The translations under genes and the position numbers were made by a program. A stretch of 64,000 bases of DNA from a virus. The notes under the pieces are model-generated. The model searched no databases and had not been told where the DNA came from. It saw only the letters and a list, made by a program, of their open reading frames with translations. Below, one piece after another: positions 37,699-49,600 of the stretch. Position 1 is the first letter of the stretch, and each line of letters starts with the position of its first letter. The stretch spans positions 1 through 64,000 of the IMG/VR virus record IMGVR_UViG_3300047564_005910. One strand, written 5' to 3'.

Positions 37699-40600
37699 CT
37701 ACTGTTCCTCCCATGTCATGCTACCTCCACCAACAGCTATTGTATCCTTACCGTCGAGTGCACGTGCTGTTAAGAATAACATATCAGGGTCTCCACCTTC
37801 TACAAGCGGAAAAGATAGATATTGCTTGTCAAAGCCAAAGTATGGTGATAGATCTAGATCAACGCCGCCGGTTGCAACGTTAAATGAAGCTAATACCTCT
37901 CCTGTGGCTGGTACTGGTGTTCTCTGCTCATATATATCTTCTTCTACAGCTATTAATGGTCGATCTTCTTGCCATGCAGCTGTTGAAGCATTATAAATAA
38001 TTTCACTATCCCCTCTCATAGGTAGTTCAGGTATAAATGCCCCACGTTTTAATGTGCGTCTGACACCCGTTTGCCCGACTCCGTCGTAATCACTCTCGTC
38101 GTTACATCCATTTACTGTCTTAGGGTTACCTGCAGCGAGTCTTCTAAAGGAGAAGGTAGCATTAAACATCGGTATACCGCCAATTAGCTGATAGTTATCT
38201 TCTAATACATCGGCTTCACTACTTAAATCCTCACAGCCAAACGATTTAAGTTTTAGTATACCCTTAATGCCATAGAATGAACCAAGCACGGCTTTGCCTA
38301 GATTCTCTCGAATAAGCGGGATAACGCAGTTGTTTCTGTTAAAATATACCACTGTTGAAAAGAGTACTTCTTCTGTACTAGCAGGTATTTCAAATGCTGC
38401 TGTCCACTTATTTACTAGATCAAATCTTGATAAGCCTTCTTTCCACGCTCTAGCTGTTAGAGGAGGAATTGAATATGCATACGGACCGTATTGTGTCCCG
38501 CCTTGTGTTATGTAGTTCCAAGATGAATGGTAATCTATACCTGCTTGAAGCCCTGGGCCAGGGTTTGTAGCGTTTACGGTTAGTGATCGTGCAGGTGTCG
38601 TTCCATCCACACTTATTTGAGAGGTATGCCATATAAACGCTGGTAGTAGATTAGATGGAGATGCGATACCTGACAAGGATGCAAAATACGGGTTTTTTAC
38701 AAGTTGTAGTAAGACAGGCTTACTTGTACCAAAACTTAAACGGGTAGGATAAACCTGGGAACGGTTACGTATATTGTTAATTTGATTTTTAACACGAATA
38801 CCTAGTACAGGTGTTCCACGACCTGTTACTGCTGTTAGCTGAACACTGACAGCTGAAACACCGACAGGTTTGTTCTCTGTAATAAATGCCAAACGACCAT
38901 CGTGAGATATATCACTAATCGATACACCTGGATAAACTTGATTACCGTTTATGTCGGTGCCGTACAAGCGTGCACCAATATGCCAACTTGAGAAAATACC
39001 TCTTGTTTCAAACCCTGTTGTGCCTTCTATTGGACGGACCTCAACACCAGATAAGAAGTTTACAACTTCATTATTTTGTAAATTATTAAGATCGACAATG
39101 CCGTTATTTACTTCATTAGCACTCAAAGTGTTAACAGTAAGTACTTGTCTGTCTGGGTAAATTCTTTTTTCGTTATCTGTTGCAACGGTATTAATATTTA
39201 CAGTACCTTTATCGCCACCGTCAATAAGGTAAGATGCACCGTATTTGTTTACACGCTGAACAATTTTATCTCCATCCTCAATGTTACCTGCACCACCAAT
39301 ATTGAGATAGGTAAACGGTAGAGTAGGGTTACCTAAACTTGGTGACCCGATTTGGTTTGATACTCGTAAATGGTGTATGCGTACCCAGCGAGCTAAACTA
39401 TTACTTACAGGTACATATGCTAAAAACTGAGCACCGACAGCGCCGTACCAGCTGTACTCAATTTTATACATAGTTACTTTTGTGAAATCGAGATTTTTGA
39501 CTGATTGAACATATACGTCTTGGCCGTCCTCTTGTACAACCTGTCCCGTAACGTTACCATCAAAATAATCGCTCCAGCGTCTTAGGTTGCTCTCTCCGTT
39601 CATGTTGTCAAAGTTAAAACATGAACGCGGAACACGGTATTCGTAAACGTTTGCGTACTCTTTTTTAACAGCAATTGGTTTATTAGCAACACCGCTGCCG
39701 TTGTCGAACGGAGCCCAGGCATAATACAGATCTTGTAAAAATTGATCCCAACGAGTACGTCCTACACTTGTTGAACCAAAGTTTTTCCAATGGTAGTCAT
39801 AAAACGCAACTAAATCTGGGGGAGGTAACTCCTGACCCGTTTCATAACCTACGTAAGGCATAATATACGTTATATTTGGCGGGCTTTGATTTTGATCTGC
39901 AGAGGTTGCCAGCATTGTTGTATCAAACAAAGCAGCATGGAATAATACTAATTTATCTCTAACAATAATAGCGTGTTCCCCTGCAATACCAGCATAAAGA
40001 CGAGCTGTTTGTGCGTTTGGATGACTGCCTGTAACGACATCAGGTGACCACTGACCTGGTCGTGCATAAATGGGGTTAGGTGGTATCGAATTTGTACGTC
40101 TGACTACTAAAAAGTTGTCCCGGTTACCGTCTCCGCGAGCTTCAAAATAATAACCGTTTAAGTTATCAAAACATCCCCACTTCTTACATGTTGAGTTGCG
40201 ATTATATACTGTAATACTCACACCCTCACCACCAGCATCTGTATCGTCAATGGTTGTGGCTTTACTTAGCCCGGCGGGTGCGCCTTCTAATGATGTGTCT
40301 AAACGGACGCCAAATGTACCAGAACTTACACGGCCCGGCTGATATCTAAAATAACGTTTTGATGTTAACCGAGAAAAATAAAGTATACCTCTTCCTGGTT
40401 CATAAAAACCGAGAGGGCAGCTTATTTGTGCTGCTGATTCTGCAGATAAGTGTTTAACGCCCCAAACGTTTGCTAAATTACCTGTAATTTGAGGATAACT
40501 TGTCCATTCTAAAGGATTAACATCATACGTATTAACGTCACCGAAAATACCTAAAGCTACTTCAGAACGCGGAATACCAAGCAAAGATAAACTTACTTGC

Positions 40601-40821
40601 GTAGCTTCTTTATTTACCTCTCTTACCGGAACTGGTAATTGATCTGTTGCAACTACAACAGGTACTGACGAGGCTGCTACTGTAGGTCCTAAATCTAGAG
40701 GTGTACCCCCGATTGTGCGTACTGTTATTTTCTTTGTTACGCCATTATTAACAATAGGTAGTAAATCTGCAGGGTCTAAGCCTTCAGCCGTTGGTAAAAG
40801 AGAGATAGGTAGATCAGCCAT
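37699..40821 (-). CDS. virion structural/fibre protein, paralogue of 31717-37695
   Basis: MADLPISLLP...KKIT anchor; LSLLGIPRSE, FRYQPGR, DFTKVTMYKIEYSWYGAVGA; ends MTWEEQ. Confidence 0.75.
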   Translation of the reverse strand: MADLPISLLPTAEGLDPADLLPIVNNGVTKKITVRTIGGTPLDLGPTVAASSVPVVVATDQLPVPVREVNKEATQVSLSLLGIPRSEVALGIFGDVNTYDVNPLEWTSYPQITGNLANVWGVKHLSAESAAQISCPLGFYEPGRGILYFSRLTSKRYFRYQPGRVSSGTFGVRLDTSLEGAPAGLSKATTIDDTDAGGEGVSITVYNRNSTCKKWGCFDNLNGYYFEARGDGNRDNFLVVRRTNSIPPNPIYARPGQWSPDVVTGSHPNAQTARLYAGIAGEHAIIVRDKLVLFHAALFDTTMLATSADQNQSPPNITYIMPYVGYETGQELPPPDLVAFYDYHWKNFGSTSVGRTRWDQFLQDLYYAWAPFDNGSGVANKPIAVKKEYANVYEYRVPRSCFNFDNMNGESNLRRWSDYFDGNVTGQVVQEDGQDVYVQSVKNLDFTKVTMYKIEYSWYGAVGAQFLAYVPVSNSLARWVRIHHLRVSNQIGSPSLGNPTLPFTYLNIGGAGNIEDGDKIVQRVNKYGASYLIDGGDKGTVNINTVATDNEKRIYPDRQVLTVNTLSANEVNNGIVDLNNLQNNEVVNFLSGVEVRPIEGTTGFETRGIFSSWHIGARLYGTDINGNQVYPGVSISDISHDGRLAFITENKPVGVSAVSVQLTAVTGRGTPVLGIRVKNQINNIRNRSQVYPTRLSFGTSKPVLLQLVKNPYFASLSGIASPSNLLPAFIWHTSQISVDGTTPARSLTVNATNPGPGLQAGIDYHSSWNYITQGGTQYGPYAYSIPPLTARAWKEGLSRFDLVNKWTAAFEIPASTEEVLFSTVVYFNRNNCVIPLIRENLGKAVLGSFYGIKGILKLKSFGCEDLSSEADVLEDNYQLIGGIPMFNATFSFRRLAAGNPKTVNGCNDESDYDGVGQTGVRRTLKRGAFIPELPMRGDSEIIYNASTAAWQEDRPLIAVEEDIYEQRTPVPATGEVLASFNVATGGVDLDLSPYFGFDKQYLSFPLVEGGDPDMLFLTARALDGKDTIAVGGGSMTWEEQ

Positions 40822-40846
40822 GTTGTATTATATTTATTTAAATTAT

Positions 40847-43800
40847 TTATTGCTCAACTTCAATAAAGTGACCATCATCTAAATTATAATTATCATAATA
40901 GTCGGTAATAAACGACTCTTGTAACATATAATCATTGTTTTCTTGTAATAGTACTACGTTTTCGTAAGGAAGTATTACTTCAATATCGTCTAGCTCAAAA
41001 GTAGGTTTTTGTTTTAGATATATGTTAATCATAACTCCGTAAACAGTTTTAACAATTTTTTTAGCAAACGGTTTAAAGTTTTTTGCTAACTGAGGCTGAG
41101 CATCAACAATTAATGTAAGTACAGCTGTTTTAGAATCATTATTATAAGCAAACGCTGTAGATGTAATATTTGTTATATACAAGTTTTTAAGAGCTTGAAA
41201 CTGAGTTAGGTTAGTATCTTTTAACGGGTAAACCCGCTTGTAAGTAAAGTCTATTAAGTTGAAAGCGTATAGTATTGGAGTAAAACCTTGATATACTTCT
41301 CCGTCATAATATGGCAGTATATAACTAAAATAAATTTGTTGTTCATTAGGTTCAAGCCAAGAACCTATGTATCGATAATCGCTAAATGTGTGTAATATTG
41401 CGTGTTTTGATTTAGCAATGTTATAAACAGGTACTGGGTCAAACCCTATTAGAAATGGTTTTGAGTCACTGTTAATCCCGTAAATTAAATTGTAATCATA
41501 AGCTTGTGGTATATTAACACCAGAGACAACAAATGTCTTTGAGTTAAAAACGTCCGTAACAACATAGTCTAAATCGGGTAGTATGCCGTTTGTTTTAAAG
41601 AGTTTAAATTTAGAGTTTTTCTTTAAAAAGTGATCTGTAATTGTAGTGAATGTTGCAGAGTAGATGTACGTGTGTTTATATTTTTCATCGTTATATGCAT
41701 CAAAATCGGCTTCTCCGTCTCCCCAGACAATGGTAACCGGTGCACTGTTATTGGTTTTAATACTAACCCCGGAAAGTACTCCTTCAGGAGGCATGTTGTG
41801 GCTAAGAACGGGTATTGAGAATTCATGAGCTGAAGATGAAGTAGTACCAGCGAATTTCGTCGAGTAACCATCTCCCCAGAAAATTTCAGTTTCCATTCCC
41901 GATAGTGTATCAACTGTTAGCTTATTAATAGAGGCAGGGGTATTATGTTTTAGTGTCCAGTATGTAACATAATCTCCGTACTTATCTATAAGCATATTTG
42001 TAATAGATATTTTGTTAACTATACGTGGTGGGAATTCAACGTTTTGTAAAAGTAGCCCTGTAGGTATCGAAGTTGGTACTTCAATTTGCAATGCACCGTT
42101 TTCTTTTTCGTAGTCTATAAAGTTAGAATCTTCGAGTATATTCTTAAAGACGCCTTTTTCATAATCATAATCTAGACGTAACAATATCATTCCTCCCTTC
42201 ATTAAGAGGAACAAAACATCATAAAAAACTTCAATGTCTTGTATTTCGTTGCTAGTTAGATATTTGTGTAGAGTTGTATATTTGAAATTATCATATATAG
42301 ACGATAACATAAACGACGCAGTTTTTACATCGTCACCCAGATTTTTTACCCATACAGACCCTTCAACAATTTTTTGTTCTTTTAACGAACTGGTAATATT
42401 TGGTTTATAAAGACTGTATTGATTTCCGTAAATGTCAGTTGTCCATTTATATAGAATGTTATCGTCAAGGTAGCCTATTTGATTTGTCTTCCAGTAATCT
42501 GTATTAATAAGCCCTCGAAAATCTGGTTTAAAGTTTTTCGAAACTACCCATGTATCATTTTTTGGGCCGTTCCAGGGGGATTGTCTTGTTTTTGTAGTTG
42601 TAACCCCGGTGTTAGAAACTCGGGATGATTCTTCTTTGGCCTGATAACCTAAGAATTTCGGATATGTTTTTGTTATTTCAGGACTTGTTAAACTAGTTGA
42701 AACGTACGGAGCTTCTTTAAGCCAACTACTATTTGTTGTATCATAGACATAACCACCACTGAGTGTTTCTTTTGATAGGCCACGGCTTGCAATACCGTAA
42801 CTATTACTAAAGTTTGATGCAGAAATATTTGGAGCTTCAAACGTGTTTATTGGTTTTGTTTTTATGTTGTTTGTGGCATATTTGAGTAAGCCGAGATTTT
42901 TATAGGTAAAATAACCTCCAAGATCTTCGTGAGAAAAAAGAGAATTAATATTATTAATGCTTGCGATCGTGGGGTAGTGAGCATTAGTTAAGTTAGCGTA
43001 ATCAAAATCAGGTGTAAAGGGAGTACCGGTAATTGCGTTAACATTGCTACCAGAAACGTATAAGAAGTTAGGATTAATAGTACTGAGTGTAAAATTAATA
43101 GATAAGTCTGTTTTAGACGTAAAAAATACATATTTTACCATCTCCCCGGCGTTTGTTTGTTCGATTACCATGTCTGATATACATGGGGTAGGGTATGTAG
43201 TTGTAGCTTTTGTTAGATAATCACTATAGTTAGTATTTTCAGTTATTGGTATATTTTTATCTACAACAATGTTTATTTTTTTCCATTTTTTAGAATTGTC
43301 TGTTAAGTTGTAATAGATTGGTTGTATCCAGTTTATAATATTGTTACCAGCGTTAGTGTATGAAATTTCTTGACCCCCGTAGATATAATCGTTTGCTGGT
43401 CGCGGTTGAGAATAAAAATTATATTCATCTACAAATTCAAATTCATTATTTTGAACAAGTAAGCCGTTAGCAGGGGCTGTTTTTACCCAAAACGGTTTCA
43501 TGTGAGGGGCTGAGCTTAACGGTCTATATGCACAAATATCCCATCCGGAAACGGGTACATTTAACATAAAGTTTGCTTTAGGGTATTCTCTAACTGCGTC
43601 GACTTTTGTTTCTCGTTGCAACGGAATACATGTAACAGCAGGGCATGCTGGTGTAAAGGTAACTGTACCATAGCTGCTTCCCGCATAATGTCTTATTGTA
43701 AGACTCTGTATTGAGTATTTACCGGTTGTTACCGGCACAAAAGGTAATGTTACACCATAGTTTGCAGGGATTTGCCCTGGGGGAGATGTATAATTAAAAA

Positions 43801-46645
43801 TTGTTGGACCTGTATAATCAGATGGTGGTTCAGTTAATCTTATTTGCCAATCAACACCTGAAATTCTAAAATATTGAATACTATTTAAATTTTGGCGTTG
43901 ACCGGTATATACAGCTACATTCGGTTCATTAGGAATTAAAAAGTTAACCAACTCATCAGGGGTTACATAATCGTAATCGCTCCATATAGTGTTTGACACC
44001 TTTGTAGCCGTTGGCGAGTCGGTAAATACTGATGATACTTGTCTATATGTTACACTGTAACTATTTTTATGATCGTATATATAAAACTCACCGGGGCTAA
44101 AAACCATATCAGAAGTAAGATTTGTAGTTCTCCAAGTACCATCTGCAGATAACACAGCTTTAATCCATATAGAGTCAGCTCCTATATCACCTTGACGGTA
44201 CTTTGCAACATAATACGGTAGTTGTAAATTTATATCTTCTGGGCTTCTTTTTAGATTATTTCTAAAATAATAGTAACGGGCACCGGCACTTAAGGCCATA
44301 GTTGAAGGTTCCCCACCAAAATTAACCCACTTACCGTAACTCCATCCTACATCATCGTTATTAGGGGTTAACTGATACCAGGCAAAATTATTAAGCCCGT
44401 AATCTCGTATACTACTCATTACAGCAAATAGAGAAGGGCCCTGTATATAGTAATATTTTTCTTTCTTATCGACATCCAGTAAGTCTGCAGAAATTGTTCT
44501 ATAGAACGGCACAAAAAGACTACTAAGAGCACTTAACCCTTCATGATCTGTACCATACATTTGCGGGTACGTTAATAACCATTCAGCTAAATTAAACTTT
44601 GACGGAAAACCGCTTTCAGCTCCTGCTGCAGAAAAGTATCTATCATCAAGAACAATAAAATCCGCGCTACTATTATAATCAGTAAATTTTTGCCCGGGGT
44701 GACCAAACGGTGAAAAATTTACAGCTTTACAATTACAGGCATTAAAAGGAGTTAAAGTGTTTTTAGAAGATTTTAAAACAGAAATCTCGTAGAGTTTTTC
44801 TTTACGGTCAAGTTGAAGATATTCACAATCTAGAGAATGTTCTATGGTTTTAAAAACAGAAGAAAGCGGTACAGCTGTTATAGCTGCAACAGAATTCCAA
44901 ATAAATGGTGTATAGTCCCCTGCGTTAAAGCGGGCTGTAAAACTAGGTTGCTGAGGGCCGTCAGCTTTACTGTATTTTGTATAATCTGTTTGGTAGTCAC
45001 TTAAGTTTTTTGAGGAAAGCCATGCAACCTCTGTAGCTTCTTCTGTTGTAGCTTGCGGGTATGGTATTTTGTAGATAACATCCCCTTTTTTAAATTCAGT
45101 AGCAGCAGTTGCATATGGTATTTTTATCTCGTTTAATAGTCGCGGTGTACACCAGTTGTCTGTTATCGTAAAAGGTATAGTTTCTTTTTCAATATCTTCA
45201 TCTGTAAACTTAAAAATCGGCCAATATATTCTATTTTCTCCACCTACAATAGATAAATCAGTTTTATTACCGGCGTAATACCAATATTCTTGATGAGAAT
45301 TTACGGCGCTGCTTTGGGTGTTTAATAATATTTTATCTGATTCAGAATACTGCTCTGTAGCATTAGCTCTAAAAACGTTTATGTCTTGTATATATAACGG
45401 GTCAAATGATGTTGTTGTGGGAGTGTAGCTCCAGTATTGTTTTAATATCTCTGTTTTTTCTTCAGGTTCAAGTGTTGTAAAAATCAACGAATTTTCTACC
45501 AAACTAGGACCAGTCCAAGGTAGTCCTTCACCGATTAAACCAAAGCCAGGGTATGGAAACTTGAATTTTACTTGCTTACCAACAGGTAAGTTTGTTACCA
45601 TGTATGTTTGTAATTTCTTTTGAGAAGATTCTTCAAGCCATGCCCCTTCAATATCTAATTTTGTGACCTTATAAATTTTATCAACAAAAGGAAACCGTAG
45701 GGTAGGTGTTGTGGGGGCTGATAAAAAGTCGCTCTCGTTTAGTTTTACCGGGGCAGTTATTATTTCATAGTTTGGATTTATATTATCAAAACTTGTTGTC
45801 CAATAAAAAAGTGTGCTACCGGGCTTAAAGTCTAAAGTTTGATTAGTTGTTGTTACTGCTTTTTGACTTGCTTCTTTAATAACATCAACAATAAATGTTG
45901 AAGAACCGGAAAACTTTTTCTTTCGTACAGAATTTACTAATTCTGTAAAAAATGTCGTATTTACCCCTGTACTATAAAGCCAGTTGAGATCGTTTATATC
46001 TATATTTTTACTATTAAAAAATTCTTGAGTTTTACTGGAAGTTAAATCAAAATAATTAGTAATGGGTTGATTTGGGGAAATATCAAAGTAGTTATGGGTA
46101 TCGTAAAGCTCTTCTACACTTACTTTAAAACGATTCGATATTGCACTTAATTGTGGTATCTGATTATAAAAGTATGTTCCTGCTACATTAACAGCATAAT
46201 TCTTTTTTGTAAAAGCAGTTAAAATATAACCGTAAAGTATATTTTCTAACCCTTTGTTCGTGCCTGCTACTTCAGATTTAGTCTTAATACCTTTAAGCTC
46301 TTCTCTCTGTTCGGTAAAAAAGACTGCAATATCTTTTAATTTACGACTAAAATAAGGTATAGAAAGTATAAGCTCGTCTTCGCTATCAAGATCTATAGTA
46401 GAATACCATTTTTCAGTTTCTTCATCTGAAAAGAAAACCTGTATTTTTGAAAGTAGGTCAAGATATTCTTGACGTAAAACGTACAAACCGTCAGTAACGA
46501 GTTTTGTTGTCTTATTACTCTCATACCATTCTTTTACGTAGCGATTATATAGATAAAAGCTTTGTTTGGTGTTTACATTAGGATTATAAAGTAACCACTC
46601 TTTATAAGGCAAAGGTATGTTTTTTTTATGTGTTATAGGTTCCAT
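40847..46645 (-). CDS. giant baseplate-associated structural protein
   Basis: 1932 aa in the structural operon; PKD-like WGDG repeats; C-terminal LLQENNDYMLQE motif. Confidence 0.6.
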   Translation of the reverse strand: MEPITHKKNIPLPYKEWLLYNPNVNTKQSFYLYNRYVKEWYESNKTTKLVTDGLYVLRQEYLDLLSKIQVFFSDEETEKWYSTIDLDSEDELILSIPYFSRKLKDIAVFFTEQREELKGIKTKSEVAGTNKGLENILYGYILTAFTKKNYAVNVAGTYFYNQIPQLSAISNRFKVSVEELYDTHNYFDISPNQPITNYFDLTSSKTQEFFNSKNIDINDLNWLYSTGVNTTFFTELVNSVRKKKFSGSSTFIVDVIKEASQKAVTTTNQTLDFKPGSTLFYWTTSFDNINPNYEIITAPVKLNESDFLSAPTTPTLRFPFVDKIYKVTKLDIEGAWLEESSQKKLQTYMVTNLPVGKQVKFKFPYPGFGLIGEGLPWTGPSLVENSLIFTTLEPEEKTEILKQYWSYTPTTTSFDPLYIQDINVFRANATEQYSESDKILLNTQSSAVNSHQEYWYYAGNKTDLSIVGGENRIYWPIFKFTDEDIEKETIPFTITDNWCTPRLLNEIKIPYATAATEFKKGDVIYKIPYPQATTEEATEVAWLSSKNLSDYQTDYTKYSKADGPQQPSFTARFNAGDYTPFIWNSVAAITAVPLSSVFKTIEHSLDCEYLQLDRKEKLYEISVLKSSKNTLTPFNACNCKAVNFSPFGHPGQKFTDYNSSADFIVLDDRYFSAAGAESGFPSKFNLAEWLLTYPQMYGTDHEGLSALSSLFVPFYRTISADLLDVDKKEKYYYIQGPSLFAVMSSIRDYGLNNFAWYQLTPNNDDVGWSYGKWVNFGGEPSTMALSAGARYYYFRNNLKRSPEDINLQLPYYVAKYRQGDIGADSIWIKAVLSADGTWRTTNLTSDMVFSPGEFYIYDHKNSYSVTYRQVSSVFTDSPTATKVSNTIWSDYDYVTPDELVNFLIPNEPNVAVYTGQRQNLNSIQYFRISGVDWQIRLTEPPSDYTGPTIFNYTSPPGQIPANYGVTLPFVPVTTGKYSIQSLTIRHYAGSSYGTVTFTPACPAVTCIPLQRETKVDAVREYPKANFMLNVPVSGWDICAYRPLSSAPHMKPFWVKTAPANGLLVQNNEFEFVDEYNFYSQPRPANDYIYGGQEISYTNAGNNIINWIQPIYYNLTDNSKKWKKINIVVDKNIPITENTNYSDYLTKATTTYPTPCISDMVIEQTNAGEMVKYVFFTSKTDLSINFTLSTINPNFLYVSGSNVNAITGTPFTPDFDYANLTNAHYPTIASINNINSLFSHEDLGGYFTYKNLGLLKYATNNIKTKPINTFEAPNISASNFSNSYGIASRGLSKETLSGGYVYDTTNSSWLKEAPYVSTSLTSPEITKTYPKFLGYQAKEESSRVSNTGVTTTKTRQSPWNGPKNDTWVVSKNFKPDFRGLINTDYWKTNQIGYLDDNILYKWTTDIYGNQYSLYKPNITSSLKEQKIVEGSVWVKNLGDDVKTASFMLSSIYDNFKYTTLHKYLTSNEIQDIEVFYDVLFLLMKGGMILLRLDYDYEKGVFKNILEDSNFIDYEKENGALQIEVPTSIPTGLLLQNVEFPPRIVNKISITNMLIDKYGDYVTYWTLKHNTPASINKLTVDTLSGMETEIFWGDGYSTKFAGTTSSSAHEFSIPVLSHNMPPEGVLSGVSIKTNNSAPVTIVWGDGEADFDAYNDEKYKHTYIYSATFTTITDHFLKKNSKFKLFKTNGILPDLDYVVTDVFNSKTFVVSGVNIPQAYDYNLIYGINSDSKPFLIGFDPVPVYNIAKSKHAILHTFSDYRYIGSWLEPNEQQIYFSYILPYYDGEVYQGFTPILYAFNLIDFTYKRVYPLKDTNLTQFQALKNLYITNITSTAFAYNNDSKTAVLTLIVDAQPQLAKNFKPFAKKIVKTVYGVMINIYLKQKPTFELDDIEVILPYENVVLLQENNDYMLQESFITDYYDNYNLDDGHFIEVEQ

Positions 46646-46657
46646 GCCTTAAGATAT

Positions 46658-49600
46658 TTATGTTAGTAAGTTTTTGGTTAAAACGTAGTTAAACATTTCT
46701 TCCACTACCCCTTCGTCTTTATACCAGTCATTAACTTGAGTACTAGACAATAAAACAGTAGAAGGATTGTTCCAATCTATAAACGTATTATTTAAATTAT
46801 TAGTGTTTGAATATGTAACTCTATATATTTCTAATACATCAAACATATAATCTTGCAATTGTGGTATTTTTAAAATGGAGTATGGTATTGGTGTGTCTGT
46901 AGATAAAAAGAAGCCTGCAGAATTTGTTGAAACAGGTACAATATAGGTAAATTGACTGCGTGTTATAGGTTCTTTAATAAGAAGTATTTCCCCTGCAGTA
47001 ACAAAAGAATACGTAGTATTAATAGGTTCTAAATAAGCTGTGCTTAATTCAGTGTTCTTTGCAGAATAACCAAAAAGTTTTTTAAACGGTATGGATACCG
47101 TATTTATTAATCTTTTAATTTCAGCGGGTAGTTTTAGTTTCGACAGACCTTGTTCAATTTCAACGTCCAGCATTTGACCTAAGCTGTATAAACCGTCTAT
47201 ATTGGCATAATCAATATCACTGTGATAACGGGTAAAGTTAGCAATTTTTTCGAATAATACTCTACCTATATTTTCTCTGCTATCGTCTACATTACCTAAA
47301 ATAGAACCAAAAAAGTCTTCAAACAGCACTGTATTTTGGTTTAAGATTTCAGGTAAAGCATATGACCTTATTTGTTCAGCGGCATCAAAACTTTCGTTTT
47401 TAACCCGGTAGTAGTGTTGATTTTGTAGTGGGTTTACGGTAAAGGTGTTACTTTGACCGGTGAGTAAGTACATCGATGTTTTTTCTACTTCAGGTATAAC
47501 GTATTTTTGGAACCAAACGTTACCTGTAGGATCTCCAAAGGATTGTGTAAGTCTATGACGTTCATTTAGAGAATTACGTAAATTCGCGTTATAGGATCTA
47601 TAGTTCTTTGTTAAATTAGGGGCATAAAATGTATATATTTTTTGTTTGTCGTTTGATACTAGCCAAATTCTGTTAAACATATCTACATGCAAACCTCTAA
47701 TGCCGTTATTGAAGACGTGCTCTTTATTAGTTGTGCTGTTAGGCTCTAATTCGGAACTTAGTATTTTAGTAACCGTAAAGATATAACCAGTATCTGTATC
47801 TATTTTCCATGTTTGGTAATAATCTGTAACAGGATCGAGGACTGTAAAATGGTTATAGTTATGTGTAAACCATATCTTATTTGTATTATCTGAAATAATA
47901 CTTTCGGGCCGTTCAAATTTTTTAGTGTAGTTTTTAACTAAATCGCCCGCAGAGTTAAAACAATATATACTGCCATAGTTGCCGGGTATAACCTGACGAA
48001 CACTTGTAATCGGGTCATTAATTGAACTAATCTGATTAGTAGTAAGGTCGTTTTCGCTAGCATAAAGCGGAGACGTAAAAAAGTTAGTAGATATATTTGT
48101 ACCGCTACTTGTTGTAATAGTATTGTACCGGTAGTTTGCATATTCGGTAAACGTATTTGCAAAACTATAAACGTTTTGAGTATAGTAATCAAAATTATAA
48201 ATTCTAAAAAATAGACCTGGTACATAACCGGGTATAATACTAGCGAGAGGTAAAGCCGATACAGGGTATGTTGCACTTCGAAGCTGTTCGTCTAAAGTTG
48301 CTGTAAATAAAATAAGTGCTCTGTTTCCCTCTAAATATACCACATCGTAACTAGGGTTCATGGCAGTAACTCTTTGTATTGTAGTAGCACTGTTAAGTGG
48401 GTTAGTAGTAATTGCTGAAGGTCTATTAACCCGGGTGGTCCCGTAACCTAAAGATTTTGGTAAGTAATTGTAAGCTTTTCTTTGTTGTGGTACTTCAATC
48501 ATTATTCTAGTACCTGCGGTAATATAATCTGTTTCAGTGTTGTATAGACCGGGCCAATACCTATTAATGTATGAAGGTATTGTCATTATTATGTTAGCAG
48601 TAATTGGCGGTATTATGCTTTGGGTTTCAAGAGAAGTAACTACATTAATACCAGAAACAGGTATATGAGCTACAAAGGTAGACAAGAACGGTGTTGTAAT
48701 AGATGATAATCTCATTATTTCAAACCTATAATCTACCCCGCGAGCAGTTATATCAGGCATTATAGAACTGAGAGAGCTAACTGGTGATGTACGAGCTGAA
48801 TACGATACAGAAAATGTATAATTCGTTTTTAAAGACTCCCCGTTAAACGCTTCTCGGTTCCAAGTTTTTGGATACATACCAGCTGGGTAAATTTCTCTTT
48901 CTACTACCCAGTTTGTTAAACCTACAAATCTTGTATCTCTCCATCTTAAGGGGGCATTTTTACTAGGACGTAAATTAAACCAGTCCCAATAATGACCGTA
49001 ACGATCTTGAGACGGTTTTATTAAGTATGGTGTAACGGCTACTGTTAACCAAACGTTATCTTTTCTATCAATATAGATAGAAGTAGGATTATAAATTGTT
49101 GGTAAAATAATAGTTGAAAGTAGACTACCCGTTGAACTGTACTTACGAAGCTCATTATATAGGTATTCTGTATGGGTACTCCAAATATTATTTTGGCTGT
49201 CCGTATCAATTAAAGAGTAAACTGATAAGTTTCTTTCTTTAAGTGGTTCGCTAACAGGTGGTGCGTCTTTATTAATAGAGGTATGTGCCGTTCTAAATAA
49301 AATGTCTCCATCTCTGTTAAGTTTTATAAGTCTTAGTTCATCATAAAAACTTACCCAAACATCTCTATTTTTATCAAGTTTTACCTGTAAGGGAGCACTA
49401 CGATCAAACGGTCGTTTATTCTTGTTAAGATATCTAGGATCCGTATCAAAGTATGACATTAGGCTTATAGCTGTTAGCACTTGATGATCTTTGTTAAGAC
49501 GATATATATTATTTGTGTCTGGATCTGCAACCCAATAAATTCGATCGACGGGGTCATACGCAACACTATGAGGGGTATTTAGGGTAGGGTATGCTGTTGT

